The position numbers were made by a program, and so were the translations under genes. A stretch of DNA of 63,955 nucleotides, counting the filler, from Nanobdellota archaeon (GTDB lineage: Archaea > Nanobdellota > Nanobdellia > B33-G15): the NCBI GenBank assembly GCA_003660925.1. It is 4 parts of 4 records of this genome, joined end to end, with 100 filler letters (N's around TTAATTAATTAA, not from the genome) between each part and the next. Parts side by side here need not be neighbours in the genome. Positions count along the whole stretch, not along the records: positions 1 to 20,774 come from QMVD01000006.1; 3 more parts are not named here. One strand, 5' to 3'. The stretch's first letter is position 1, and the number at the start of each line of letters is the position of its first letter. Under the pieces are notes generated by a model. The model did not search any database. It had not been told where the DNA came from and saw nothing but the letters and a program-made list of their open reading frames with translations. Below, piece by piece: positions 1-8,512 of the stretch.

Positions 1-215
1 AAGACCACATCGTAGAAGACAGCACCATCCCCAGGGAGGATTATGCCATCGCTCACTTCATCCACACTTAATAGCTTGAGGAAGTAACCGTGCTTGCTCG
101 AGAGGTGTCCCTCATATTCCTTCCTTATAGCCTCCTCCACTGCCTCCCTCACGTCCTCCCCGAACAATTCTGGAGGCACTCTCACCCTGTCCCTGAGTTT
201 TAAGATCCTATACAT
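1..215 (-). CDS. rpoE1: DNA-directed RNA polymerase subunit E' (Rpo7), 5' part; runs off the window
   Basis: Not in ORF track. Manual translation from ATG at 215 gives MYRILKLRDRVRVPPELFGEDVREAVEEAIRKEYEG...GIILPGDGAVFYDVV, the typical Rpo7 N-terminus (VRVPP, PGDG). It follows ppa in the usual archaeal order. Confidence 0.93.
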   Translation of the reverse strand, partial: MYRILKLRDRVRVPPELFGEDVREAVEEAIRKEYEGHLSSKHGYFLKLLSVDEVSDGIILPGDGAVFYDVV

Positions 216-738
216 GGCGGGTCTCCTCGTACCTCTTCATACATTCCCTTATCAGCTTCAGAGCGCTCTCCCTGTCCTCCCAGCCCAGGACCTCGGAGAA
301 CTTCCCCTTCTCCAATTCCTTGTACCTTTGGAAGAAGTGGGATATCTCCCTAAGTACGTGTTTGGGCACGTCCTCCAGATCCTTTATCTCCTCAAACCTC
401 GGTTCCTTCACAGGGACCGCCAGGACCTTCTCGTCCACCCCCTTCTCGTCCCTCATCTTGAAGAGAGCGACCGGCCTCACCTTGATCACGCACCCTGGAA
501 AAGTCGGGTCGTGGACCAAGACCATCACGTCCAGCGGGTCCTCGTCTTGGCTCCAAGTCCTCGGGATGAAGCCGTAATCCGTGGGATAAAAAAATGGGCT
601 GTAGAGCACCCTATCCAGCTCTATCAGTCCTGTCTCGTGATCCATCTCGTACTTGTTGTGGGACCCTTTGGGTATTTCTATGACCGCGTAAAACACTTCG
701 GGCATCTCCTTCGGTTGTTCTAAGTCGAGTAGGTTCAT
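208..738 (-). CDS. ppa: Inorganic pyrophosphatase (family I)
   Basis: IEIPKGSHNKYE, LDRVL, YPTDYGFIPRT and DEDPLD motifs. Confidence 0.97.
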   Translation of the reverse strand: MNLLDLEQPKEMPEVFYAVIEIPKGSHNKYEMDHETGLIELDRVLYSPFFYPTDYGFIPRTWSQDEDPLDVMVLVHDPTFPGCVIKVRPVALFKMRDEKGVDEKVLAVPVKEPRFEEIKDLEDVPKHVLREISHFFQRYKELEKGKFSEVLGWEDRESALKLIRECMKRYEETRHV

Positions 739-1082
739 AACAGCATCACCTTCTTTGACTGCCTTAACGTTATCACATGTTGGCCTCGTTTTAAAACTTT
801 TTTCATGAGTTCCTTGTCCAAAGTGGCTAAAATGGCCCCTTCTTCCTCCAAGTAGTTGAGTATTTGTTCATCCGTTCCTCTCCCTTTTCCCCTCACCACT
901 TTCACCCCTTTCAGCTTCATGAGCTGTAAAGCCCCTTTTTTCTTCAACCTCTCAAGTTCCCTGACGCAGCTCTCTAAAGTGACTAGTTCCGCCTTCGGGA
1001 CTAAAAACTTTAGCTCCTCATATACGTCCACCTTCTCCTGAAATGGGATCAGCATGAAGTTAGTGTCCAATAACACCTTCAT
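735..1082 (-). CDS. PIN-domain protein (Fcf1/Utp24-like)
   Basis: N-terminal VLLDTNF, ELERL, TDEQIL and ATLDKEL PIN motifs, in conserved context upstream of ppa/rpoE. Confidence 0.9.
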   Translation of the reverse strand: MKVLLDTNFMLIPFQEKVDVYEELKFLVPKAELVTLESCVRELERLKKKGALQLMKLKGVKVVRGKGRGTDEQILNYLEEEGAILATLDKELMKKVLKRGQHVITLRQSKKVMLL

Positions 1083-1104
1083 GTTAATAAATGGTAAGGA
1101 GGTT

Positions 1105-1629
1105 TTATAAGGTCTTCATCATAAGCACGTACTTCTCCTTCAAGTATTCACCCGTGTCCACGTCCACGTTCACGTACCCTCTTTCTTCGAAGAACTTCAC
1201 CAACTTCTCCCTCGTCTCCAGGACTATCACCTTCTTTCCCCTCTCAGAAGCAAAACTTTCCACCTCATCTAAAAGCAGGGAACCATAACCTTTTCCCCTG
1301 AACCCCTTCTTCACATGTATCTCATCTAGTTCTAATATGTCTCCCCAGTCCAGCAAGAAGGCGAAGCCCACCATCTTTTCCCCTTGGGAGAGATAGATCA
1401 CGCGGGCCTTTTTGTTCAGCTCTTTTCTCAAGAATTTCCTCAAATTCTCGGGGGAAAGGAAGTAATAATCCTCTCCGTAAACCTTTTTATCCAACCTCTT
1501 GTAGTGCTTCCCCATCTCCTTGTAATTCTCATCGTAGATCTCGTAGATCTCCCTAACCCTCTTGGGTAGACCCTTACCTCTTCTTAAGTAATGGACCCTT
1601 ACCTTACGTTCGCCTTCCTCGTCCTCCAC
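1105..1629 (-). CDS. GNAT family N-acetyltransferase
   Basis: Acetyl-CoA motif A IHVKKGFRGKGYGSLLL and C-terminal FFEERGY. Start uncertain. Confidence 0.85.
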   Translation of the reverse strand: MEDEEGERKVRVHYLRRGKGLPKRVREIYEIYDENYKEMGKHYKRLDKKVYGEDYYFLSPENLRKFLRKELNKKARVIYLSQGEKMVGFAFLLDWGDILELDEIHVKKGFRGKGYGSLLLDEVESFASERGKKVIVLETREKLVKFFEERGYVNVDVDTGEYLKEKYVLMMKTL

Positions 1630-1725
1630 GAGGTTTCCCCTCTATAAGGTAAGGCAGGGAAAAGGGTTTTTAAACCTTTCTAGAGGTGGGAAAGGTATTA
1701 AAGGAAGAAGCTTCAGCATATCCTT

Positions 1726-1798
1726 GGGCCCGTGGTCTAGTGGCTATGACGTCGCCCTGACGTGGCGAAGGTCGCCGGTTCGAATCCGGCCGGGCCCA
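1726..1798 (+). tRNA. tRNA-Val(GAC)
   Basis: Acceptor stem GGGCCCG/CGGGCCC, anticodon arm TCGCC-CTGACGT-GGCGA, T arm GCCGG-TTCGAAT-CCGGC. CCA not encoded. Confidence 0.97.
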
Positions 1799-1799
1799 T

Positions 1800-2090
1800 A
1801 TGATAAAACCAGAGAAGGTTGGAAAGAGGGTCAGGGAGGAACTCACGGAGTTCCAAGAGGAGTTCAGGAAATATCTCGCCAATTTCATAACAGGTGCTCT
1901 GGCCTTCGTCGCTGCTTTGTTGTGGAGGGACGCCATAAGCTCTTTCCTTTTAAGATATAAGGAATACATAGAGAACAGCCTCCCATTCAAGGAACTATGG
2001 GTGACCCAATTCTTCGTCGCCTTAATAGTCTCTTTCATAGCGGTCTTCGGCATAGTCCTCATGAGCAGGCTCATGAAGACGAAGAAATAG
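1800..2090 (+). CDS. Small two-TM membrane protein (DUF5654-like)
   Basis: ITGALAFVAALLWRDAI followed by a second hydrophobic helix, a pattern recalled for DUF5654. Confidence 0.7.
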   Translation: MIKPEKVGKRVREELTEFQEEFRKYLANFITGALAFVAALLWRDAISSFLLRYKEYIENSLPFKELWVTQFFVALIVSFIAVFGIVLMSRLMKTKK

Positions 2091-2131
2091 TTTTTGCCAA
2101 TTTTAATAAAAGAGAGAGGGGTAGAGAAATC

Positions 2132-2572
2132 ATGGAGCCCTGGAAGCTCCCTCCGAGGATAAAGGTGCTAGAGGCCCTTGGGGCGATAGCGGATGGAAGG
2201 GTGAAGCTTGAGGATGGGAAGGCAAAGGTCACGGGATCTGATGGGAAGAGGGAGTACGAGGTGAAATTTGACCTGAAAGAGAGGAAGATAGACTCCAATG
2301 ATAACGGGTCCGTGTTTAAGGGATACTTAGGATACCCGTCCATCGCTGTCCTGATGCTCAAAAGAGTTCTCCCTTTTGACGAGAAGATCTCCGAGGCATT
2401 GAAGGGGATAAGGTGGAGGGAACTAAATGAGAAATACAAGTCCTATTTCAAGACAGAGTTCGTGGTTAAGCGAATCGCGGAGAGGAGAGGAGTGAAACAG
2501 GAAAAGATAGACGAGTTCGTGGAGAGGGTCCTGGAGGAGATCAAGAAATGGGGTTTCAAGAAGTATACTTGA
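2132..2572 (+). CDS. Conserved hypothetical protein
   Basis: ATG at 2132 lies about 25 nt after a TTTAAT box. Sequence MEPWKLPPRIKVLEALGAIADGRV...SNDNGS...GYLGYPSIA has normal codon usage. Function unknown. Confidence 0.75.
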   Translation: MEPWKLPPRIKVLEALGAIADGRVKLEDGKAKVTGSDGKREYEVKFDLKERKIDSNDNGSVFKGYLGYPSIAVLMLKRVLPFDEKISEALKGIRWRELNEKYKSYFKTEFVVKRIAERRGVKQEKIDEFVERVLEEIKKWGFKKYT

Positions 2573-4218
2573 GGCTCTGTAGGAAAATAAAGATAAAGGC
2601 GAAGGCTAGTGAGGAACTCTCCTATTACGTAGACGTACTGGAGTGGGACATAGAACCAGAATCCATAGCTGGATTTGCCCGACTGACCTTCTTCCTTTCC
2701 TTCCTCCTCTTCTCCCCTTTGTTAATATATCCTTCCCTCACTAGCCTGTTACTTTGGGTTCTCTCGCCGTTCGCATTGGCACAATTGGTCGGCGATTACC
2801 CCAAGATCTTGGGGAGAAGGAAGTTAATGAGGGCCATGGACGCGGCCCCTTTTAACCTCGCCCTGCTCTGTTCGAGCTTAAAGGAAAATCCGAACCTGGA
2901 AAGGGCGATAGAATTCGTCTCAGAGTTCGGAGAGGGAGAGATCGCTGAGGACATGAAGAGGTTGTTGGTGAAGGTGCTCTCGGGAAAAGAGGTGGACGCC
3001 AGAAGAAGTCTTGAGGAATTAGGAAAGAAATGGGGGAGGTATTTTCCTTGGTTTCGAGAAGCAATAAGGGACATCCTCATGAGTTTAGACGAAAAGGATA
3101 GAGAGAGGAAGAGGATGTTGGATAACGCCCTCTCTAGGCTTCAAAGAGGCATAAGGATCTCTTATCAAGAATTCATTCAAGAGATGAGGATCCCCACGAT
3201 GCTCATCTTCTCAGTGGGAGCTGTCCTGCCCTTGATAATTATCTCCATGCTCCCCATCATCTCCATCTTCTCCCAAGTCTCCCCTTTCCTCCTAATCTTC
3301 CTCTCCTTGGCGACTTCTCTGGGCATGGTCCTTTACTCTAACTATGTATCACTGAAAAGGCCTCCCCTCATGTTCTCCGAGCCCGAGTTCGAGGAGGAGA
3401 GGCCCTTTCTCCTATGTCTCTCCATCTCCCTCTTCTTCCTGACACCCTTCTTCCTTTACTCGTTGAGATTATTTGGGATCTACATTTCGATTTCTGAGAA
3501 GCTCGTCCCTATCTCCCTGGTCCTTGGGACAGGTTCCTTCCCTGTCTCCTACTTCTTCTTCTCCTATGCGAACTTCAGGAGGAGAAGGAGAAAAGTAAAG
3601 GAGTTAGAAGAAGGAGCGATCTCGTTCATGGAGAAGCTCGTGGTGAGGTTAAGGGAGGGGAGGAGTCAAGAGGAGGTCATAAGTGAGGCGAGGGAGAAGG
3701 GAGAGTTCGGAAAGCTCTTAAGGGAGTTAAAGGGACGCATGAAGGTCTTCGGTCTTAAGGAGGCCCTAGATGTGGACGTTAATTCCAAGCTCGTGAAGGT
3801 CTTGTTTCACGCCTTAAAGCGTTCCCAAGAACAGAGTATAAAATTGGCCTCTGAAAGCGCGGGATTCCTGTTAGAGCAACTCAGGGACTTGAGGCTCATG
3901 AGGAGGCAGATGGAAGTCGAGTTGAAGAAGTATGTGGACATGCTGCTCTACACCTCCATGTTCATTCTCCCTGTTATAGCTGGAGTGGGGGTGAGGACCC
4001 AAGGGGCGATCATGGAGAGGATAAGAGACATACCCCTATTTCAGGTGACCCCACTTGACATGCTCACTCTGAAGTGTATAGTGGGTCTCTACGTAGTGAC
4101 TTCCTCCCTAGCTATGCTCTATCACGCCAAGACCATCTCGGGGAGAAAGGAGATATGGGCCAACTCTCACAGGTACATCCTCCCTCCTTTGGTCATATGT
4201 TCCCTCTCATTCCTATGA
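2548..4218 (+). CDS. Type II secretion F / TadC / ArlJ-like membrane platform protein
   Basis: Two repeats of TM pair + helical cytoplasmic domain (NPNLERAIEFVSEFGEGEIAEDMKRLL) + TM cluster. Followed by pilin-like genes. Confidence 0.7.
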   Translation: MGFQEVYLRLCRKIKIKAKASEELSYYVDVLEWDIEPESIAGFARLTFFLSFLLFSPLLIYPSLTSLLLWVLSPFALAQLVGDYPKILGRRKLMRAMDAAPFNLALLCSSLKENPNLERAIEFVSEFGEGEIAEDMKRLLVKVLSGKEVDARRSLEELGKKWGRYFPWFREAIRDILMSLDEKDRERKRMLDNALSRLQRGIRISYQEFIQEMRIPTMLIFSVGAVLPLIIISMLPIISIFSQVSPFLLIFLSLATSLGMVLYSNYVSLKRPPLMFSEPEFEEERPFLLCLSISLFFLTPFFLYSLRLFGIYISISEKLVPISLVLGTGSFPVSYFFFSYANFRRRRRKVKELEEGAISFMEKLVVRLREGRSQEEVISEAREKGEFGKLLRELKGRMKVFGLKEALDVDVNSKLVKVLFHALKRSQEQSIKLASESAGFLLEQLRDLRLMRRQMEVELKKYVDMLLYTSMFILPVIAGVGVRTQGAIMERIRDIPLFQVTPLDMLTLKCIVGLYVVTSSLAMLYHAKTISGRKEIWANSHRYILPPLVICSLSFL

Positions 4219-4253
4219 AAAAGCATAAATAAGTTGAGGGTCTCTTACAAAGC

Positions 4254-4418
4254 ATGAATCGAAAGGGCATTGAGGGGCTCCCCTTCAAGTACGTGGTGGT
4301 AATCCTCACTGCTGCTTTAGTGATCTCCATAGTGCTCGAGATGCTCGGGATCCTGAAGACAGGGATCCTCCACTCGGTGAAGGTGTTGAACGAAACATTA
4401 AATGAGAGCCTCATATGA
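4254..4418 (+). CDS. Small class III signal peptide (type IV pilin-like) protein, 54 aa
   Basis: Not in ORF track. MNRKG|IEGLPFKYVVVILTAALVISIVL...: basic leader, RKG cleavage site, hydrophobic helix. Its stop overlaps the next start (ATGA). Confidence 0.75.
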   Translation: MNRKGIEGLPFKYVVVILTAALVISIVLEMLGILKTGILHSVKVLNETLNESLI

Positions 4419-4804
4419 TCGAGGTCCCTTTTCAGCTCATCATCTCCATCCTCATCATAGCCTTCATCCTCTCTATTTCTTCCCTGGAAATCTCGCTCTT
4501 GCTGGACTTCAAACACAAGAAGGAGTTGGAAGATTCTGTCCAAAAGATAGGAAGAGAGATAGAAATGTTGGTCGGCCTCGGCGAGTACGGATCGAGCTCC
4601 AGGGTGAATATCTCTTTTTCCAAGGGCGTTATCGAAGTGGACGAAGAAAGAGATGAGATCGTAGTGCGTCTTGGAAACTGGAAGAAGGTATATGCTTTAG
4701 ATGTAGACGTGCTCTACAGTTTGGAGATAGACGCTGGAAGACACGAGATAGAGTTGCATTATGGCCCAGGAGAGTGGAAGGAGAACACCATCATCTTTTC
4801 TTAG
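4415..4804 (+). CDS. Pilin-like / N-terminally anchored secreted protein
   Basis: MIEVPFQLIISILIIAFILSIS resembles the mature N-terminus of the upstream pilin. It is followed by an amphipathic helix and a beta-rich domain (GEYGSSSRVNISF). Confidence 0.6.
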   Translation: MIEVPFQLIISILIIAFILSISSLEISLLLDFKHKKELEDSVQKIGREIEMLVGLGEYGSSSRVNISFSKGVIEVDEERDEIVVRLGNWKKVYALDVDVLYSLEIDAGRHEIELHYGPGEWKENTIIFS

Positions 4805-6665
4805 AACGCTCGAATCCCAAGAGGGAAATCGTTAGGCCTGTTAAGAAGCCCGCTAGGATGTACACATAATTGCTGACCCCTCCCTTCGCTTCTACCTCTG
4901 TTCTCTCCCTTATCAGAACTCCTGGCTCTTCCTGAACCTCTTCTTTTCCCACGATAGCATTTACGAGGTCCTTAGATATCTTAGCGAACTCTTTGGCATA
5001 ACTCAAGAAGACTAAGCTCTGATATGGATCATCGTATGCCTTAGCATATTCATAGTAAGAGATGGCCAAAACAGGGAGAAGACCTTCTGACTTCGCGTCC
5101 TCTATAGCCCCTTCCACATCCACTTTTTTCTCCTCAACTTTAGAAGATAGAGCGGACTGGGAAATGCCCCTTATCTCCATGGCCAGGTTCGCTTCCGCTA
5201 AGGCCTTCAGGGACTCAAAGATGGAAAAAACGTACTTTCCGTCTTCATAGGCGGATTCCGCTTTGTCTAACTCGCTCTGGGCGCTCTCCAACAAACTCCC
5301 CGAGGCTACGGTCCCCGCATAAGCTATCCATATTCTCGCTTCCTCCAACCTTCGCTGGGCGAGTTGTGAAAGTTGTTTCACATCGAACGTGGCGTTGAAT
5401 TCTCCACTAAATCTGTCCAGGACTGAGGCCCATTGTTGGGAGGTGAGGAGTCTCACCTCAGCGAAGGCGTCATAATACAGGGCGGTGTCGTAATCACCCG
5501 TGTAATACTCCTTGTAGGCCTCATCTAGTAAGTCGTCCGTCTCCCTGAGCCTGTCCACAGCCACTGCCAGTAACTCCACATCATAGATGTGGTCCACTTG
5601 CTTGCTCTCCAAGATCTCTTGTTCTACAACTTCCTTATAATTAGCTGTATCATCCACGTCCTTCTTCACGTCATCTCTCGAGGCGTAACCACCAGTGTAG
5701 TAGAGAGTGAGTTTGTAAGCGTAGTTGGAGTTGATGAGGGACCTCACAGCATAACTTGCAGCGGAGTAATATTGGCCTATGGAATAAAGTTCTTCCGCTT
5801 GATCCATGAGTTCAGAAGCTTGATCGATCAAGTTCTTCACGCTCTGATAGTTCGTATAGCTTAACCCTCCTCTCCCAAGCTGCTCTGTAGAGTTAGCCAA
5901 CATCTTCCTCGCTTCGTCCATGATCATCTTGGACATCCCTTTCATGAGGCCTATGTACTCGGAGGTCACTATATGGGCTGGCTTCCTCTCTCGAACTATC
6001 TCATAGCCCGTCATTTCCTTGAAAGCGTCTTCAATCTCTGAGACCTCTATGACTTTGAGGCCCCAGTTCTCTAAGGCGTATTGTGATACGTTCACGGGGA
6101 TTATCCGGGTCTCCGTCTGGGTTATTGGTCCTATCCTAGTCGTGTGTGTCTCTTCAACGTAACTTATGCTCTGGCCTTTAGGAATTAGTACGTAATCCGC
6201 ACCGGCTTTATAAGCCGCTTCCGCTTTAGCTAAGATCCCTCCAACCGGACCTATAGAGCCGTCCGGGTTTATGGTCCCCGTGATCATCACATTGGAATAA
6301 ACAGTAAGGTTCAACAAGGCGGCCATGGTGGTGACGGCCATTGCTGCCCCAGCGGAGGGTCCGCCGACGATGGGATAATCAGATTTTATGATGTAAAAGA
6401 AGTCGAAATTCGAGCAGTCCATCCTCAATACCTCACAAGCCACCTCTTGGGCCAACCTAGCGCTCGCTTGAGTATCTATCTCCGTGAGTGGGAGGGTCAT
6501 GATGAAAACGTTTCCCGTTCCATTCTTCACCTCTACCCAAAGGTCTGCCACCACCCCTACTTCTCCACTTTCCGTTTGCATTACTCCTAAGATTTTGGTA
6601 TGAGCAGTGGCACCGTGAGAAATGCCTAAGAGGAACAGGAAAAGGAAAAGCGCCGTCTTCTTCAT
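4791..6665 (-). CDS. Secreted, membrane-anchored S16 (Lon-like) serine protease
   Basis: Signal peptide MKKTALFLFLFLLG, Ser-Lys dyad motifs GGPSAG and TGTINPDGSIGPVGGILAK, long helical region, C-terminal TM plus basic tail. ATG 6665 overlaps the endA stop. Confidence 0.88.
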   Translation of the reverse strand: MKKTALFLFLFLLGISHGATAHTKILGVMQTESGEVGVVADLWVEVKNGTGNVFIMTLPLTEIDTQASARLAQEVACEVLRMDCSNFDFFYIIKSDYPIVGGPSAGAAMAVTTMAALLNLTVYSNVMITGTINPDGSIGPVGGILAKAEAAYKAGADYVLIPKGQSISYVEETHTTRIGPITQTETRIIPVNVSQYALENWGLKVIEVSEIEDAFKEMTGYEIVRERKPAHIVTSEYIGLMKGMSKMIMDEARKMLANSTEQLGRGGLSYTNYQSVKNLIDQASELMDQAEELYSIGQYYSAASYAVRSLINSNYAYKLTLYYTGGYASRDDVKKDVDDTANYKEVVEQEILESKQVDHIYDVELLAVAVDRLRETDDLLDEAYKEYYTGDYDTALYYDAFAEVRLLTSQQWASVLDRFSGEFNATFDVKQLSQLAQRRLEEARIWIAYAGTVASGSLLESAQSELDKAESAYEDGKYVFSIFESLKALAEANLAMEIRGISQSALSSKVEEKKVDVEGAIEDAKSEGLLPVLAISYYEYAKAYDDPYQSLVFLSYAKEFAKISKDLVNAIVGKEEVQEEPGVLIRERTEVEAKGGVSNYVYILAGFLTGLTISLLGFERSKKR

Positions 6666-7174
6666 GGCCTCTTCCACCTCACCTCATAGTAAGTCACGTC
6701 TCCCTCATCGTCCACTACGCCTATGAGCAAACTCTTCCTCACGGAATGAGCCACTCTGTTCATGGCAGCGAACCTCTTCCAATCGAAGATGTCGTTCTCG
6801 TTGACCGCAAAGAGGACCCACTTCGCGTGATCCTTGCCTGGGACGTCGCCCCTATCGTAAACTCTGAAGTCCGCTCCATACTTCAAGGCGGTCTTCGTTA
6901 TGTACCCCCTCTTCCTTATGTCCCTGTAAACGCAGAACCTTACCCAAAATCTTGGCTCCAGTTCTGCAGCCAGTTTCAGGAGGGTGTCGTAGTCCAACTC
7001 TTCTTCTCCCTTGAACACCTTCAGTTTCTTCCTTTCCACTAAGTAAAGGGCTTCGACTAAGGAGAGGGTCAACTTATTCTCTTCTAGTGTCCCATATTTT
7101 CCCTTGTTATACAGCTTACTCGCCTCTTTCTCGTCCCTGATCACCACTTTGTTCCCCACTAGATAGCCGAGCAT
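6662..7174 (-). CDS. endA: tRNA-splicing endonuclease, single-unit catalytic subunit
   Basis: LSLVEALYL, KYGADFRVY, DHAKW and VAHSVRK, giving the catalytic Tyr/His/Lys. Confidence 0.96.
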   Translation of the reverse strand: MLGYLVGNKVVIRDEKEASKLYNKGKYGTLEENKLTLSLVEALYLVERKKLKVFKGEEELDYDTLLKLAAELEPRFWVRFCVYRDIRKRGYITKTALKYGADFRVYDRGDVPGKDHAKWVLFAVNENDIFDWKRFAAMNRVAHSVRKSLLIGVVDDEGDVTYYEVRWKRP

Positions 7175-7206
7175 GGGAATGAAGAGAGCCCTCTTTCTTA
7201 AAAAGC

Positions 7207-8283
7207 TTACTTAGCGTAGGGATAGGTGACTTTTTTCCTCAGTAGGAGGAAGGCAATGGAACTAAGTACTAAAAGGGAGAAGACGAAGTAAATCCACCCG
7301 AGTTTTGGGGATAAGAGAAAGGCTGGGGAAAGGAAAGGTGTTTTGATGGTGAGGTTCAACATTCCTTCTCTCACCCTAACGCCATTTGAGGAGATCTGAT
7401 AGGAAAAGTAAAAGTTGCCGGTTTCGTTCGGATATATGTCCAAACTCACTTCAGCTTCTCCAGGAGGGACCTCCACTATCTTGAAGCTTTCAAAGGTTCC
7501 GGAGAAGTTAAGTTGTTCCAGTGAGAAAGTGTAGGTCTTGTTGAAGTTAGACTTGTTTCTCACCTTCACTTTCCATGGGATGCGGGAATTTGGAGTCCCA
7601 AAGAGGGTCTCCAAAAACTCGAACTCGCTCTCCTCGCTCTCTTCTCTCTCCACGATCACCTGGGAATGAACCTCCTCGCACCTCCAGAGAGAAAGGGAAC
7701 AAACTTTGAGGTTATAATCGTAACTTCCTCCCTTCAGGTCATCGGGATCGAAGCTGAGGTTAAGTTCTACGATTTCTCTTTTTGGAACCTCCACGTAGCT
7801 GTAATTGAACTCGGAAAGGTATTTTGGAGGAAGTATTTCAAAAACGTCGTCGTAGTTCCCTATGTTGGCCACTTTCAATGTCAAGGTGCCTCTCTCCTTC
7901 ACTATGAGCACGTCCGGTTCTAAGTCCACCAAGAACCCCTTGTCTGGGGAGGAGACCGTGAAATACTCTGCTTTAGTTATACCATGATCCTTCCCTCTCA
8001 CCTCAACCTTAAAGTCATAGAAACCTTCCTCTGAGGGGACCTTGAAGTAAAGGGGTAGTTCATTTCTTCCCTTCTTCAATTCTCTAGTGCTCAAGATGAA
8101 CTGTTCCCCGTTCACGTAATATTGGATAAAGGCTGGCATGTCGGATGGGGAAGTTATGACCACGTCCGCCCTCCCCACTTCTCCCGGCATGTAGATGACC
8201 TTATCGAAGGATATCTCTAAAGAAAGGTAGGAGAAAGCGGGGGCTAAAAGGAGAAACATGAGAATTGGTGATAGTTTACGCAT
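7207..8283 (-). CDS. Secreted beta-sandwich surface protein with C-terminal TM anchor
   Basis: Signal peptide, Ig-like repeats (VANIGNYDD, VRNKSN), N-x-S/T sequons, C-terminal TM plus RKK. Confidence 0.7.
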   Translation of the reverse strand: MRKLSPILMFLLLAPAFSYLSLEISFDKVIYMPGEVGRADVVITSPSDMPAFIQYYVNGEQFILSTRELKKGRNELPLYFKVPSEEGFYDFKVEVRGKDHGITKAEYFTVSSPDKGFLVDLEPDVLIVKERGTLTLKVANIGNYDDVFEILPPKYLSEFNYSYVEVPKREIVELNLSFDPDDLKGGSYDYNLKVCSLSLWRCEEVHSQVIVEREESEESEFEFLETLFGTPNSRIPWKVKVRNKSNFNKTYTFSLEQLNFSGTFESFKIVEVPPGEAEVSLDIYPNETGNFYFSYQISSNGVRVREGMLNLTIKTPFLSPAFLLSPKLGWIYFVFSLLVLSSIAFLLLRKKVTYPYAK

Positions 8284-8322
8284 ACTTACTTACTGGTAGT
8301 AAAGACTTTTAAAAGTTTCTAG

Positions 8323-8450
8323 TGGGGCCGGGGAGATTTGAACTCCCGCGAGCGGGTCGCCTCGCTCCAGCGGGTTTCCTCATCCTGACGTCAGATGACC
8401 CTCTTACCGTCACTGGAGCCCGCCAGGCTACCTGGCTACCTCACGGCCCC
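8323..8450 (-). tRNA. tRNA-Trp(CCA) with 55-nt intron at 37/38 (intron 8358-8412)
   Basis: Minus strand reads GGGGCCG...GCGGG-CTCCAG-[intron]-A-CCCGC...GGGAG-TTCAAAT-CTCCC-CGGCCCC-A. Confidence 0.93.
8358..8412 (-). ncRNA. Intron-encoded box C/D-like guide RNA in pre-tRNA-Trp
   Basis: Intron contains CTGA (D'), GGATGA (C') in a hairpin, and the antisense elements GGGTC and CTGGAGC, which are complementary to its own anticodon arm. Known from euryarchaeal and Nanoarchaeum tRNA-Trp introns. Confidence 0.65.
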
Positions 8451-8512
8451 CTAAAGCAAGGTTGAAGTGATGCATTAAAAAACTTTTCAAATGATGAAAG
8501 AGAGTAAATGAC

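Noticed and set aside
94..723. 209-aa plus-strand ORF, and many similar antisense ORFs such as 18124-18909, 49855-50508, 52180-52842 and 61012-61614
   Set aside because: Shadows of well-supported genes on the opposite strand, with no motifs and atypical composition.
1670..2074. ORFs spanning tRNA-Val (1670-2074 minus, 1724-1960 plus), and ORFs over tRNA-Arg (9422-9664) and tRNA-Gly (39289-39645)
   Set aside because: They overlap clear tRNA genes, and the translations contain tRNA-derived pseudo-peptides.
8490..8512. ATGATGA (box C-like) upstream of the phosphoesterase, and ATGATGT...CTGA near 54260-54298
   Set aside because: No properly spaced partner boxes or recognisable guides. Both lie in short promoter regions.
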